DNA from: Lama guanicoe
Taxonomy: Eukaryota
Assembly (NCBI GenBank): GCA_013239625.1
Contig: MU055609.1
Location: forward strand, 14,458,375 to 14,522,374
Direction of reading: 5' to 3'
Length of the DNA stretch: 64,000 bases
Position numbers and translations under genes: made by a program. This document shows, one piece after another, positions 23,153 to 35,553 of this stretch. Position 1 is the first letter of the stretch. Each line of letters begins with the position of its first letter. The notes beneath the pieces were generated by a model. That model saw only the letters and a program-made list of their open reading frames with translations, was not told the DNA's origin and did not search any database.

Positions 23153-23670
23153 GTGTGATAAACTGTTACATTGGTGACAATGAACCACCCATCTCAGTAG
23201 TCACATCCTTATGGAGTTCCCTACACATTGACTTTGGACTTGGCAATGTAACTTGCCTTGGCCAATGTGACAGCAGCAAGTATGATGCACTTATTGGGGC
23301 CTGTCTGTTTGGAAGACTCCCTCTTGGATACTAGTCACCATCTTATAAGGAAGTCCACCCTATTCTCCCAGAGGAAGAGGCTCTGTAAGATAAAAAACCA
23401 TGCGGAGAAAGAGGCTACCTGGTGGAGAAACTAAGTGCTTCAGCAGACAACCAGCACCAAGGCCCCAGACACTAGAGGGAAGCCTTCAGTCTTCCAAACC
23501 AACCCAGCTGCTGGCTGAATGCAACAATGTGAGTGGGTCCAATCAATGCCAAGTTGGGTAGAAAAATGAGCCTAGACAACCCATAGAATCATGAAAGATA
23601 ACAGATCATTGTTGTTTTAAGGCACTAAGTTATGAGGTGTTTTGTTATGTGGCACTAGATGACTGATACA
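23153..23670 (+). mobile_element. MLT1 (F/G-type) LTR
   Basis: tgtgataaactgttaca...ttgttgttttaaggcactaagttatgaggtgttttgttatgtggcactagatgactgataca. Confidence 0.8.
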
Positions 23671-26384
23671 AGAGGGATGACTATGTTGATACTGAGGTCA
23701 GAAAAGCAGAACAAAATTAGTCTCTGCAATAGACATGGGAAAAGGAAAAGAGAGAATGAGGAAAAATGAGAAGACAATGAGGCAGTCCTGCTTAGCAATG
23801 AAGTATATTAAAGCACTTCACAGAGAGAATTCTTCCTGACTTCAGCAATGGAGAGGGTCCCCAGCTTGTTTGTGTGTGGCCCTTTCACTCTTCCTAAAGA
23901 GAATCCTACAGTGAGCAAGCCCCTCCCACTGTCTCCCTGAAACAGGGCTGGAGACAGCCTTTCTTCCAAGAAAGGGCTATCCTAGAAGCAAGACTGCATA
24001 GCTGTAAAAGAGATTCACACCAGTCTCCTGAATATATTAATCAACCTAATTTTAAATTTATAAACCTGAAATGGCTATCATGAATCACCTTTCAGGCAAA
24101 CCAAGAACATGAGAAACAACAAAATGAAAAACCAAAATAATTCATCCTAGAGAAAGTGGAGATAATGTAGGAGACAGAAGGGAACTTTAAAAGAATTCTA
24201 GGTTGTATCCTCAGAAAGATCCAAAAGAATTTGCATTTATTAAAAAAAAAAGAATAAATTTCTATAGAAAAGAAATAATCAAGTAAAAAGAAATCATCCT
24301 TGAAAATTAAAAACATAAAGACAAAGTCAAGGAATTTCCTAGAAGGTAGAGTGAAAACACAAAGATATTTCTAAAAATAAGAAAATACAAAATCTAATAT
24401 TTATCTTATAGGAGTTCTAGACTGAGATAACAGAGAGATTAGAGATGATGCAATCATGAAAGACCTAATTTTTACATATTTAAAATCCATAGAAAAATTG
24501 AGATCTGAGTCCTCAGACTATAAAAAGACCCACCAAGTGGTAAGAAGAAAACACACATCCTGGTAATATTTCTAAATTACAAAATACAAACAAAATTGTC
24601 AATGCTTCTGGATTATTTTGAACCTGCAATTTTATACCAGTCAAACTATCATGGATGAAAGTGAATCTAAGATATTTTCAGATAATAAAGGACAAAGGAA
24701 ATTTATTACCCATTCAATCCTTCTGAAGAAATAATTATATACTACAGAACAACAACAACAAGAAGAATTCAAAAAGAAAAATGTTATAGGATTTTGTAAT
24801 TTTAAAGAAATCAGTAAATGTTTGAGTCTGAATAATAAATGAAAATGAATCTATAAAGCTACATAAAATTTTGAAGAAATGATTTATTTTAACAATATAG
24901 GAAATTAAATAATAATGCTTGGAACTAAAGTTTCAACAAAATATGAAAGGAGGAGCTTTAATATGCTATTGGAAGAAAAAGTGCTTCAATAAATTTATTA
25001 AAGCTTTAGAACACTAGAAAAATGGAAATAATACTTATAACTTGCCAAAAATACAGAAAAATAGAAATAAAGGAAACTTAATCAATCAAACAGAAAGCAG
25101 GGGAGAAATCCAAACATCAAAATCACAATAAATATGAGTGGGTTAAACTCCCTTATTAAATGACACAGACTCTCAGAATGGGTGAAAGAAGTCTTTCACA
25201 CATGTTCACACATAATGCTGTTATTTTAAACATTCACATTTAAAACAATATTACAGAAACAAGATTAAAAATAAAAGAATAGAAAATGAATATATGCTAA
25301 TAAAAAACAAAAAAGGAAGGCACAGAAATATTAATACCAAATTAAATAGAATTTAAAATAAACACACTTATGAAAGGTATAATCTACCAAGAAGATAGGA
25401 CAATCAAGTAAATTTTGTACTGAACAACTGAGTAGCAAAATATAAAAAGAAATAGTTTTAGAACTACAAAGAGAAATTGTCAAAGTTGTAATGATATTTG
25501 ATTTTTACATGCCTCTTCAAAAATTCATAGATCAAGTAAAATTAAATAAAGTTACAGGGGACTTTGCATAACATAATTTAAATTTTTATTTGAGAGTCAT
25601 ATAATAAAATTTACTCAACTAAGAATACACATTTACACATTCTTTTTTAATGCCTATGGTACATTTTTAAAAATTGACCATCCCTTAAAATTGGCTAGAA
25701 GCAAAATCTTAATTCCAAAAAGTGGAAATCATTTGGGCAACATTTTCTGACTACAATGTTAAAAAAACAAAACCAAAGACAAAAGGGTAGCAAAACAATA
25801 CGACAATTACTCAGCAACTTGGAAATTTTCAAACTGTATTCTATATAACTTCCAGGCTAAAGAGAAACTCAAAATTGAAATGACTGATTATTTATAAATT
25901 CATGGCAATGAGACCATCATATAATAAAACCAATTGTCAAGGCCAATGCAGTACTATAGAAAAATATATAGCCTTGAACACATTTATTAGAAAACAGGAA
26001 AAAGAAATTGAATCCAAGCAGCTGGGAAAAGGAAGAATGGGGAAAAAAAATAAAACCTCTATAGAAGTAAGGAATTAATAGAGATAAAAGAAGAAATTAA
26101 TGAAATGAGAAGCAAATGTAGACTTGGTAAATAAAACCAAATGTTGCTTTCATTTATTTATTCCCTTAATGTCTCAATAAGAGGTAAAAACACTAATATC
26201 CATGGAAGAAATCAGATCATCAAATATATACTTCTAAAAATGGCATCAGGCCCAGAATGGATTTAACAGTGAGTTATAGCAAACCTTCAAGGAACAAATA
26301 ACTTCTGTTATTTAAATGGTTATAGAGCATAAAACAAAGATGGAAAACTTCCCAATCCAATTTGTTGGGCTAGGACAACTAGGG

Positions 26385-26878
26385 TAGGCATCTGTTCTTA
26401 CTCCTCAGAGTTCATTCATCCTTCTCATAACCACGACCTGATTTTCCTCGGAGGGAGCCCTCTCCACTCTAAGGCCATGTTGCTCCAGGGAAGGTGATAG
26501 CATCCCTAGTCCCAGGGCTGTGCCCAAGAGCCATCAAGCTTTGCTTGTGAATGTGAATGACTCGGGGATGGTCATATGACCCAGTCGAGGACAAGGAAAC
26601 CCAGGAGACTTTTCAGTGACTCCTGGGAAGAGGTCGCCCTTGACTCTAAGGCTGTAGATCTTGGAGCAGCCATTTGCCTGCTGTGTGAAGCCTGGGATGA
26701 AAGCTGACACAAGGAGAAAGCAGAACAAGAGATGGAGAGAAAATGAGCATTGATTATAGCATTCGAGCCCTGCATGCAGTTATGCCCTCAGCTACGTCCT
26801 CCCTCTGTACCCTTCAGCTCTCTGAACCAATGTTTAAATCAGCTAGAGTTGAATTTACTGTCATTTTCCACTGACACA
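26385..26878 (+). mobile_element. Old MLT1 (J/K/L-type) LTR
   Basis: ggtcatatgacccagtc, gcagccatttgcc, and the 3' tttaaatcagctagagttgaatttactgtca. Confidence 0.6.
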
Positions 26879-27151
26879 CCAAAGCTGAATGAAGACAACA
26901 CACACAAGAAAGTATAGCCCAATCACAATGACATAGATGTGAAACTCATAAATAAAATGGTAGCAAATTTAATCTAGCTCTATATTAAAGACCAATATGT
27001 TATAAGACCAATAAATCTTGACCAAATAGGTTTTACCCCAAGACTCAAACATAGATTTTAACATTACAAATGAAACTTTATCTTTTAATTCACTATCATG
27101 GTACATTAGAGAAAGAAAACTAAATGATCATCTTATAAGATGATAAACATT

Positions 27152-27295
27152 TGTAGTAAGCTTCTTTAACCAGATAAATAATCCTGCAGTGGTCAGTGTA
27201 AAGGGTCTGATTGCCTAGGCTGTGGTCCCTAGTCATTCAAACACTAATCTATGTATTGCTGTGAAGGTATTTTGCAGTATGACTAAAGTCATTTT
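27152..27295. mobile_element. ERVL-class LTR fragment (MLT2-like)
   Basis: aacactaatctatgtattgctgtgaaggtattttgcag. Confidence 0.55.
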
Positions 27296-27489
27296 TGTTT
27301 TGAGTTCAGTGGGATATGTTTGTGTGGTTCACAGTTCTTTCCATGTTACTGGAAGTTATTGCCAGCTGTCCTAGAGCAAGAATGGCTTCTAGGAATCAGA
27401 CCATCACCCACTGAGTTGACTTACCAGGATCGTGACGGGAGAGCTATAACTGAGTGTTGTCAGCTCAAAGAATTTTTGGAAGTTAGTCA

Positions 27490-28007
27490 CTGCACAAGAA
27501 AATCTGAAAGACCCAGAAATCTCAGAATTCATATATAAAAGAACCTTGATAGATCTTTCCCTAATTTGATGATTCTAAAAATTTACTCTACTAAAAACAA
27601 GTTATGAAAGTAGAGGAAACTTTTCTAAAATATTAAATAATAATTTAAAAAATAATCAACTGTAGTAGAGAAAACTTCGTATTCTTTTTATGCAAAAACC
27701 TTGTCACGTGAAAAAGTATGACAAAGAATATGAAGCCAACATATATAAAGGAAAAGGTCATATAGATGTATGCTAGGCAATTAATTAATAAAAGAGAGTG
27801 AGTGTGTTATTTTTCTGAACTATGGCAGATATTTGTAGTATTTATCTGCCTTTAAAAAATTTATAATTTGCTGTGATTTGTTTTTTCATTTAAATAAAGA
27901 TTTGCTTTCATCCTTCATTTAGGGTTTTTCATTTTTTAATTTTCCTCTTAATGAGAACCCCTCAAATTACATATGCTTTAGGTCCCACAAGACCTAGATC
28001 TGTCCTG
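27490..28007 (+). mobile_element. hAT-Tip100 (Zaphod-like) transposon 3' end with decayed dimerisation-domain coding sequence
   Basis: tttccctaatttgatgattctaaaaatttac...gaggaaacttttctaaaata resembles FPNL..ILKIY...ERNFSK. The terminal ggtcccacaagacctagatctgtcctg is TIR-like. Confidence 0.65.
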
Positions 28008-28039
28008 GGGTGAATAGGCAATGGGGGTAGGGGATGAGC

Positions 28040-28513
28040 TAGTCCTTGATATCTTTGTCTCAGATTCATTTCTCCCCTTCCCCTGGCTCTGCTTTGCAGG
28101 GAGTGACCCTGTAGGCTGTTTCCAAGGACCCGGTGTCAGCTGTCTGTCAGGATTCAGCCTATGAGAGGTCTGGTGGGAGATCTGAGTGCTGGAAGACAGG
28201 AGAAACCAAGACTTCCTCCTTTGGAGACATCACTAGCTTCTGTTCTGTACCTTCATCACCCACCAAACAAGCCTACCTTGGTTGCAGCTTCTTTCAAGGT
28301 AACTCTGACCCCTGGGTGTGGGTAACATCAACCTTCCCTTTCGTCTCTAATAGTCTACAGGTGATCACAGCTTCCTGCTGTTGATCATCTCAGGGCTGCC
28401 TCCCGGTACCCTATTTGCCTTCTCAGCTCTTTTATCACTTATGTAACCAGTTTTCACTATTACCTTCCTTCATGGAGTGGTTTCTGTTATTCTGGATGGA
28501 TCCTGCCTGAACA
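28040..28513 (+). mobile_element. ERVL LTR (LTR16/LTR33 class)
   Basis: 3' end ggagtggtttctgttattctggatggatcctgcctgaaca is typical of this class. Confidence 0.6.
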
Positions 28514-28539
28514 AAGGAGTTAAGGACAGAAACAGGGAC

Positions 28540-29340
28540 ACGTGTTCGGGGCTAATGGAATCATCCAGTTGAGAAATGAAGGTGGATTGCTCCAAAGTAA
28601 GAGCTTTGGAGGTGATGAAAAGTGATAGAGACAAATGATTTGTTTGTAACGTTTGGGGAAAAGAGGAGTGAAGATTACTGCAAGGTCTTGGACCTGAGCC
28701 CCTAGAAGAAGAGGCTTAGCATTTCATGAGGAGGTGCAGACTGAAGGGATGGGAGGAGACAAGGGGTTTGGGAGACATGTTGAGTTTGAGATGCCCATTC
28801 AGCATCCAAGTGAATATATCAAGTTGGCAGTGGGATATATAAAGCCTCTCAGGAAAGATATCCAAGATGCAGATATAAATTTGGAAGTCATCAACATACA
28901 GGTAGAAAACGCTGAGAAACACAGCAGTGGACATCAATGGAGTGAGTGTAGCTACGGAAGAGAAGAGGTCCAAGAAATAAACCTAGGAACACATCAATGT
29001 TTAGAGGGAGATGAGGAGGGACTGGCAAAAGAGTCTAAGACCAGTGTCCAGAGAGGTTGGAGAACCGGGAGAGTGGTGTCCTGGAAGTGAGGCGCAGAAG
29101 GGGTGTCTAAGAGAAGGATCATATGTGTCAAATTCTGCCCTCAGGTCAAGTACAATGAGATCTGAGACTGACCATTGCATGTGCAATATAGTGTCATTGG
29201 TGACCCCAACAAGAGCAATTCCAGGACAGAGTTACAAGTAAAAACGCGGAGATCATAAGCAAACATTTTTTTTAAGTTTTGCTAGAAGTGAAGGAGAAAT
29301 TGTGTAATAGCCAAAATTGAAGGTGAGATCAAAAGAGGAA
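28540..29340 (-). mobile_element. L2 RT-domain fragment
   Basis: ORF 28716-28973(-) reads YLYVDDFQIYI...CQLDIFTWMLNGHLKLNMS, the L2 YADD region. Confidence 0.88.
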
Positions 29341-29419
29341 TAAAAATGCATACATACATATATATCCCCCCACACATACACACACATACACATGCACATG
29401 TATATAACAAATTTGTGTT

Positions 29420-30175
29420 AAAGTCTAATGCACAGAGAAAGGATTGCATAGATTATGGGTGTAAAACTCAGTAAGTATTCACAAGTTCATTTATCAATAG
29501 ATTAGGAAAGAGAACACTGCCAGCACCCCAGAAAGCCCCTCATGCCCCGTTCATTACTCACTCCTTCCTCCCCAAGGTAACCCTATTCTAACCATAAATT
29601 TGTTCTGCTGTTTTGAAACTTATAGTAGAACCACAGAGTATGACTTCTTTCTCTCAAGATTTTTAGTTAGATGCTGAATGTAAAAATGAATGTATTTCTT
29701 TTCATTGATGTATAGTGTGCCCTCATATGACTAATACTACAATATCTGTATCCGTTCTACTCTTGAAGGGTGGACATTTGAATTGGTTATTGTTTGTGTT
29801 ACTATGTTTAATGTTACTATGAACATGCTGGAGCATGTCTTCTGGTGCACAAGTGTAAGCATTTCTGTTTGGTATGTACAGTAAGTGTGGGATTGCTGGA
29901 TCATAGACTAAATGTATGCTCAGTTTTAGATCTTGCCAAGTAGTTTTCCAAAGTGGTTGTACCAATTTATACTCCCATTGGTTGTTCCATATCTTTGTTA
30001 GTGCCTGGTACTGTCATAGGTCTTTTTAATTTTAGCCATTCTGATGGATGCATCATGGTGCCCCACCAAGGTTTTAATTTTCATTCTCTTGATGAGTAAT
30101 AAGGTTGAGGACATTTCCATACATTTGATGGTTATTTGGATATTTTCCTTTATGAAGTGGCTGTTCAAGTCTTTT
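29420..30175 (-). mobile_element. Old L1 3' end inserted in L2
   Basis: gttttccaaagtggttgtaccaatttatactccc; ORF 29723-29965(-) reads VQPLWKTTW...YDPAIP. Confidence 0.85.
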
Positions 30176-30179
30176 CAGG

Positions 30180-30800
30180 AGAAATGAGCAATTGTTAAAT
30201 GGGACCGTAGGAGAACGAATAGATTAGGAAATTCACCTTTACCTGCAACACCAAGAGTCCACTTGCACTTAGGGGCCATGAATTTAAAATGAGACTGGCC
30301 AGCATGTCTTAAGTTTTGCCCCAGACTCATTAGTTGCACAGAGAAAACAGGGAACCTATGGAGACCTGGAGTTAGTTAGGGTTGAGAGTTGCCCTAGTGA
30401 GAGGCAGGGGCGTTGAGAGATTTGTGATGATGAATCTTAGGTTCTAGGCCAGTTGGGTGGAAAGTAGGGACAGTGGAAATATAGAAGGGTAATAGATTGT
30501 AGGTCCTGGTGAGCTGAAGAACTGTAAAAGTAGAAGAGTATGAAGAATTAGCTGGAAAAGTGACAAATGGTGGTCAGAAGGGTGAATTGCTTAAACTGGG
30601 TTATGGAGATATCAGATTTCAGAGTTATTGCTCATGATCCAGACAGCGTGACCACAGCCACGAGTGGTTGAGATAGGGTGGAGGACCAGACAATAATAGA
30701 ACTGAAGGAACTGAGAGACCAAGGTATTGGGAAAATGATCTATTTGAATGTTGAAGTGCCAAGAATTACAACAGGATTAGAGTTGGGGAGAAGTTATTAT
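30180..30800 (-). mobile_element. L2 continuation (more 5' part)
   Basis: Purine-rich antisense L2-like text (ggccatgaatttaaaatgagact; ttgaatgttgaagtgccaagaat) resumes after the L1. Confidence 0.55.
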
Positions 30801-31426
30801 AATTTGCCAGCTGAAAGCATTAGCAGAAGAATAAACATATAGAGCAAAAGGCCTGACTGGAGTTGAGAAGCAGACCGGTTTGTAGATGGAGCTTTACTAT
30901 TTAAGTCCAATTACTTTTCAAATTAGTTCAGAAAAGATGAGTTATGCTATAAATAGTATTGGGACAGCTGTTTATACACGGGGGGAGAAATACAATTTTA
31001 CCCCCGCCTACAAGGGTACTTTTAAATGGATTAAAAGATCTAAATATTAAAAGCTATGTAATCACTAGAAGAAAATAGCACATTGTTGGGATGGAGAAAG
31101 CTTTCCTAAGAAACACACGCGATCCCCAACAACGGTAATAGTTAATACTTATTGCATGGTGTCTTGTGATGGTCACTGTTCTAAGACCCTTTAGTGTGTG
31201 TTAATTCATTTAACCCTCACAACACCCCTATGCAGTAGGTACTCTTAGCCTCATTTTATATATCAAAGGTAAGGTACAGAAAGGTTAGGTAACTTGCCTA
31301 AGTCACATAACTAAGATAATTCCAGAACACAATATAGATAATTGACAAATAAAACTTATATATAACCAAAAAAAGTAAGTAAGGCTTAAAGAAAAAGGAC
31401 AATTATATACTAATTATATAACTTTC

Positions 31427-31577
31427 TTTTAAAAACAACCTTATTGAAGTATGATTGACATACAATAAACTGCACATATTTAAAGTGTACAATTTGATGA
31501 GTTTTGACATAAGTATACACCTGTGAACCCATCACCACAATCAAGAATGAACATATCCATCACCCTCAAAAGTTATT
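31427..31577 (-). mobile_element. Short, 5'-truncated L1 3' end with preserved TSD
   Basis: ttattgaagtatgattgacatacaataaactgcacatatttaaagtgtacaatttgatgag. TSD tataactttc 31417-31426 / 31578-31587. Confidence 0.85.
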
Positions 31578-31798
31578 TATAACTTTCAAAACTGATTATT
31601 TCCATATCATACATACACAAGGAGTTCCTACAAATCAATAAGACAAAAACATACAACTCCACAAAGATGGGCAAAGAATAAAACCAGGAATTCACAGGAC
31701 AAGACATACAAATAGCTAATGATTGTATGAAAATATGCCCAACCTCAGTAATGATGCGGGAAGTGTAAATTTAAGCGATGAAAAAGCGTGTTAACCTG

Positions 31799-32312
31799 TG
31801 TCACCAAAAATAACCAATAAACAAGCAATAATAAGAATAGAAAAGTTTTCTTTGAGCCAAACTGAGGATTATAACCCAGAAGCCAACTTCCCAAATTACT
31901 CTAGAGAGATTGCTCCAGAGATACATGGTTTTTAGCACAATTTCATATTTTTTCAGAACAAAGATAGTTAAACAAGTCAGGAATATATTCCCTCAAGGCT
32001 TCAAAAAAAAAAAAAAAACGTACCAACACATACATAAACAGCGAGTCAATATAGCCTCGGTCCCTGGGAAGGGAGTCTGATTATCAAAGGAGTGCCAGCC
32101 CAGGCGTCCCAGAAAGGGAGGCATTTAACCTTTATTTTTGATATAGACATTCTTTACTTCTGGTCACTGAGCCCTTTTCTTTAATAATTAAAGTAGATGT
32201 ATATTTCATAGGCCACAAACAGGCTATTTTAGTTAGCATAAAGTTCAAGTTAACTCATACAGAAGCAAGAATGACTTTCCTATACCTCAAAATGTGAAAA
32301 TTTCATTTATCA
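31799..32312 (-). mobile_element. ERV1-class solo LTR (514 bp)
   Basis: TG...CA termini, 4-bp TSD cctg/tctg, and MER41-like antisense layout (tttgagccaaactgaggattataaccc). The host L1 resumes after it. Confidence 0.8.
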
Positions 32313-33314
32313 TCTGACTGGTGAAAATTGGCAAGGTTGATGCTCTTCAGAGTTGTTGAGGGTGTGGACATGTAGGCTCGCTCATAGACTGTGGTGACAA
32401 CACCTATCTGCAGGCATCTTTTTGGAATACAGTAGATATTCTGTACATCTAAAATGCACACGACTTCTTTCCTAACAGTTCAAATCTCTAGGAATCCGGA
32501 CTTCAGCAACACTCACATGTATGTGCCAATGTGTATTTGCAGCATTTTACATACAGAAATATTGAAACATGGGGAGGGAGGGAAAAAATCCCTAAATACC
32601 CATTAATGATTAAATAATGTTGAAAATGATATAACCATACTGTGGAATATTATATATCTACTAAAAGGAATAAGCGAGATTTCGATGTACCAACAGAAAA
32701 AAGCAGAGCCTTATTTTTATTTTTAAAAATTCTGTGCACGTGGAAGACTTCCATCTTTTATTCTATGTACTTTTGAATTATTTCAATTCTTAACAAATAG
32801 TTTAAAGATACATGGAAATGAAAAAAAGGAGTGCCTGCTTGTGCAAAAGCAAATTTGTGCAATACAGAACTATAGAAGGTGTGGACATCCTCTTCAATTT
32901 TAAGTGCTAAGTATGCACCAGAGATGAACAAAACATTGTCCATGTCCTCACAGAGCATAACTTCTGTTAAAGAAGGAAGAGAGAGTGTACGATCTGCAGG
33001 TAAAAAGGATGCCTAATTTAGATTGGAGAGGAAGAAAAGGCCTCTTTGGGAAAGTGAGATTTAGCTGGAATCCTGAAGGATAAATAAGAGTTATCCAGCA
33101 ATGAGCAGGGAAAAGAGTGTTTACTCACGAAAAGGCACAGAAGTGGAGGGTATGACTGGAGTGGAGCACACAGGTGAACCGGAAACAGGAAACAGGTTGG
33201 GCGAAGGGTTTGGGGACTGATTGGACATGAGGGGACATGCAGGAGAAAGCAGAGTCTCTGCATTTTCACGCTGCTAGCTTCAGGACTGCATGATTTATGT
33301 TCAGGAAAATTCAC

Positions 33315-34120
33315 TTTTTAGGTTTACAGTTTGATGAGCTTTGACAAACATGTACAGTTGTGTAACCACCACCAGCAGTAAGTCTTAGCACACTTCCGTC
33401 ACCTCACAAAGTTCCCTGGTGCCCCCATGTATTCTACTGCTGTCCCCCACTGTCAGCCCCTAGCAACCACTGATCTGCTTTCTGTCACTAGGATTTTGCC
33501 TTTTCCAGATTATCACAGTGGAATTATACAGTATACAGCCCCTCTGGCTGGTTTCTTTTACTCAGCATAACAGTTTGAGAGTCATCCATCAAGTTGTGTG
33601 TATCAATAGTTCACTCTGTCTTATCAGATTCATTGTACAGATGCACCATAATTAGTTTATTCAATCACTAGTTAATGGGTACCTGGGTTTGGGTGGTTTT
33701 TTTTCCCCTGATTTGGGGCTATTATGAGTAAAGCTTCTGGGAAAATTCATGTACAGGTATTTGTGCGAATGTATCTTCATTGCTCTAGGGTAAATACCTG
33801 AGAGTGAAATGCCTGGATTCATAGCAATGTCTTAACTTCATCAGAAGTGACCAAACTGTTTTCCAAAGTGTCCGGATCATTTTACATTCCCACCAGCAAC
33901 ATGTGTGAATTCCAGTTGGCCTCATTCTTGCAAGCACTTCGTATTACCAGGTTAAAAAAATTTTTTTTATTATTACCTAAGCCATTCTAATAGGTGTGCG
34001 GTAACATCTCACTATCATTTTATTGTGCATTTCCCTAATGACTGATGCTGTTCAGCATATTTCCAAATGCTTATTTACCATCCATATCTCTTCTCTGGTA
34101 TCTGAGCTTCAGAACTTTTA
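33315..34120 (-). mobile_element. L1 3' end (L1MC/MD-type)
   Basis: cccctagcaaccactgatctgctttctgtcacta; ccaaactgttttccaaagtg...tttacattcccaccagcaa. Confidence 0.88.
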
Positions 34121-34304
34121 ACTCACTTCTAATTGTTTGCAGAAGTCCAAAGTAGTAAATAACAAATCAATATGAACTATTGAAGTTGGGGGCCAGGAAT
34201 CCTAGCTGCTCAGTTTCCTTCACTACTGCCTCCCTCACCCCTCTCCCAAGTCCTGACCTTTGAAAGGACTCCACGGAACAATGTTCCAATCTGGACCAGA
34301 ATCT

Positions 34305-34811
34305 TGCTAACTAGTCTTCAAAGGTAGCTCCTCAACAAGCCACACCCCCAACATCAAGGCCCTTGTGTATGCCCCTCCCACACCCAATCTGGACTGGCCC
34401 TGTAACCAATAAAATGCAACGACAGTGATGCCTCCTGACTTCTGTGGCTTGGTTAGAAGAAGCCATAAGGCTTCTGCCTTGGTCCTTTGGAACGCCCACT
34501 CTGGGAGGAGCCAGCTGCCATGTAAAAAGTTTATGCCAAGACCATTTTGTTGTGAGAAAGCCCAAGGTAGCCATGTAGAGAGGCTGCATGGAGAGAGAGA
34601 TGCTTGTCCAGCCCCCAGCTATTCCAGCTGTCTTGGATGTCGCTTCTGGTCAGGCTTTGGGAAGACTCCAGCCCTCACTGCCCTCTGACTACAGTCCTCC
34701 CAGAATCCACAAGGTAGAGCTACCTACCCGAGTCAACCTTCAGAGCCATAAGCGATAATCATAATCACTAAGTATTGGAGTGGTTTGTTACACAGCAACA
34801 GCTAACTAGAA
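34305..34811 (+). mobile_element. MLT1 (G/H-type) LTR
   Basis: agccagctgccatgtaaaaagt; the 3' cactaagtattggagtggtttgttacacagcaacagctaactagaa. Confidence 0.8.
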
Positions 34812-35421
34812 TGTGGATGATGCCCAGCCTGGGGTCTGGCTGACTTGGAAAGGTGGTGAGATCACCTCTGAGTCAGCAAACAAAACAGAGGGCTGCTGGT
34901 TGTTGTCACGTTCCTTCTTTTTCCTTCGACGTTCAAACCCTCTGAATGTCGTCTCATATCCCTTCACTGTCAGTGCCAGAATCGTGGGTGGCTACAAGAA
35001 AACAGAGACTGAGCAAGAAACAGGAACTGGGAAAGTCAGAGCAGATGCCAGGTCCAGGAATGAGCTCAAATCCAACAAAATAACAGGAACAGTAATTCCT
35101 TGCATGTTGACAGTCCTTTACAGTTTCTAAGTACCCTAAAATGTGTTGTCTTATTTGACCCTCAGGCCAGCTAGGTGAGGGGGCATTGTTACTCCCATTT
35201 AATGAGAAGAAGAAACGGAGGCTCTGGAGGGTTAAGTAGGGTGGAGCGCACAGCCCTAGTGCATCTCATGTGAGAATCTTTGTTGAGACGAGAGAGAGAA
35301 TTGGGACTGTCAGAACTGTTTTGGGATGGGGACTGGGGACAATAAATTACTTAAGAAGCTGATAAAGGTGAAGTCAAAGCTTAATTATTTACTGAGTACC
35401 TACTGACCCTAGACTAAGTTC

Positions 35422-35553
35422 TCTTTTTATGTTTTTTTGGGGGGGGCGTAATTAGGTTCATTTATTTATTTAACAGAAGTATTGAGGATTGAAGTTAGGA
35501 CTTTGTGCATGCTAAGCAAGCACTCTACCACTGAGCTATACCCTTCCCCCCCC
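35422..35553 (-). mobile_element. Vic-1-type SINE, long-tail form
   Basis: Antisense body gtgcatgctaagcaagcactctaccactgagctataccc and tail gggggcgtaattaggttcatttatttatt. No TSD seen. Confidence 0.88.

Larger units (their letters stand above)
22680..27150 (+). mobile_element. Long, highly decayed L1ME-type element from 5' end to ORF2 remnants, interrupted by LTRs
   Basis: 5' ttcaagatgg (YY1-like L1 start); A-rich ORF1-like text at 24.1-24.8 kb; EN-like aatatgagtgggttaaactcccttattaaa (~25130); aggcccagaatggatttaacagtgagttatagcaaaccttcaagg (~26250). Confidence 0.75.
30930..32820 (+). mobile_element. Fragmented L1ME ORF2 3' end and 3' UTR, host to MIR, a short L1 and an ERV1 LTR
   Basis: aaatggattaaaagatctaaat; gagttcctacaaatcaataaga; accatactgtggaatattat. 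Confidence 0.7.
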
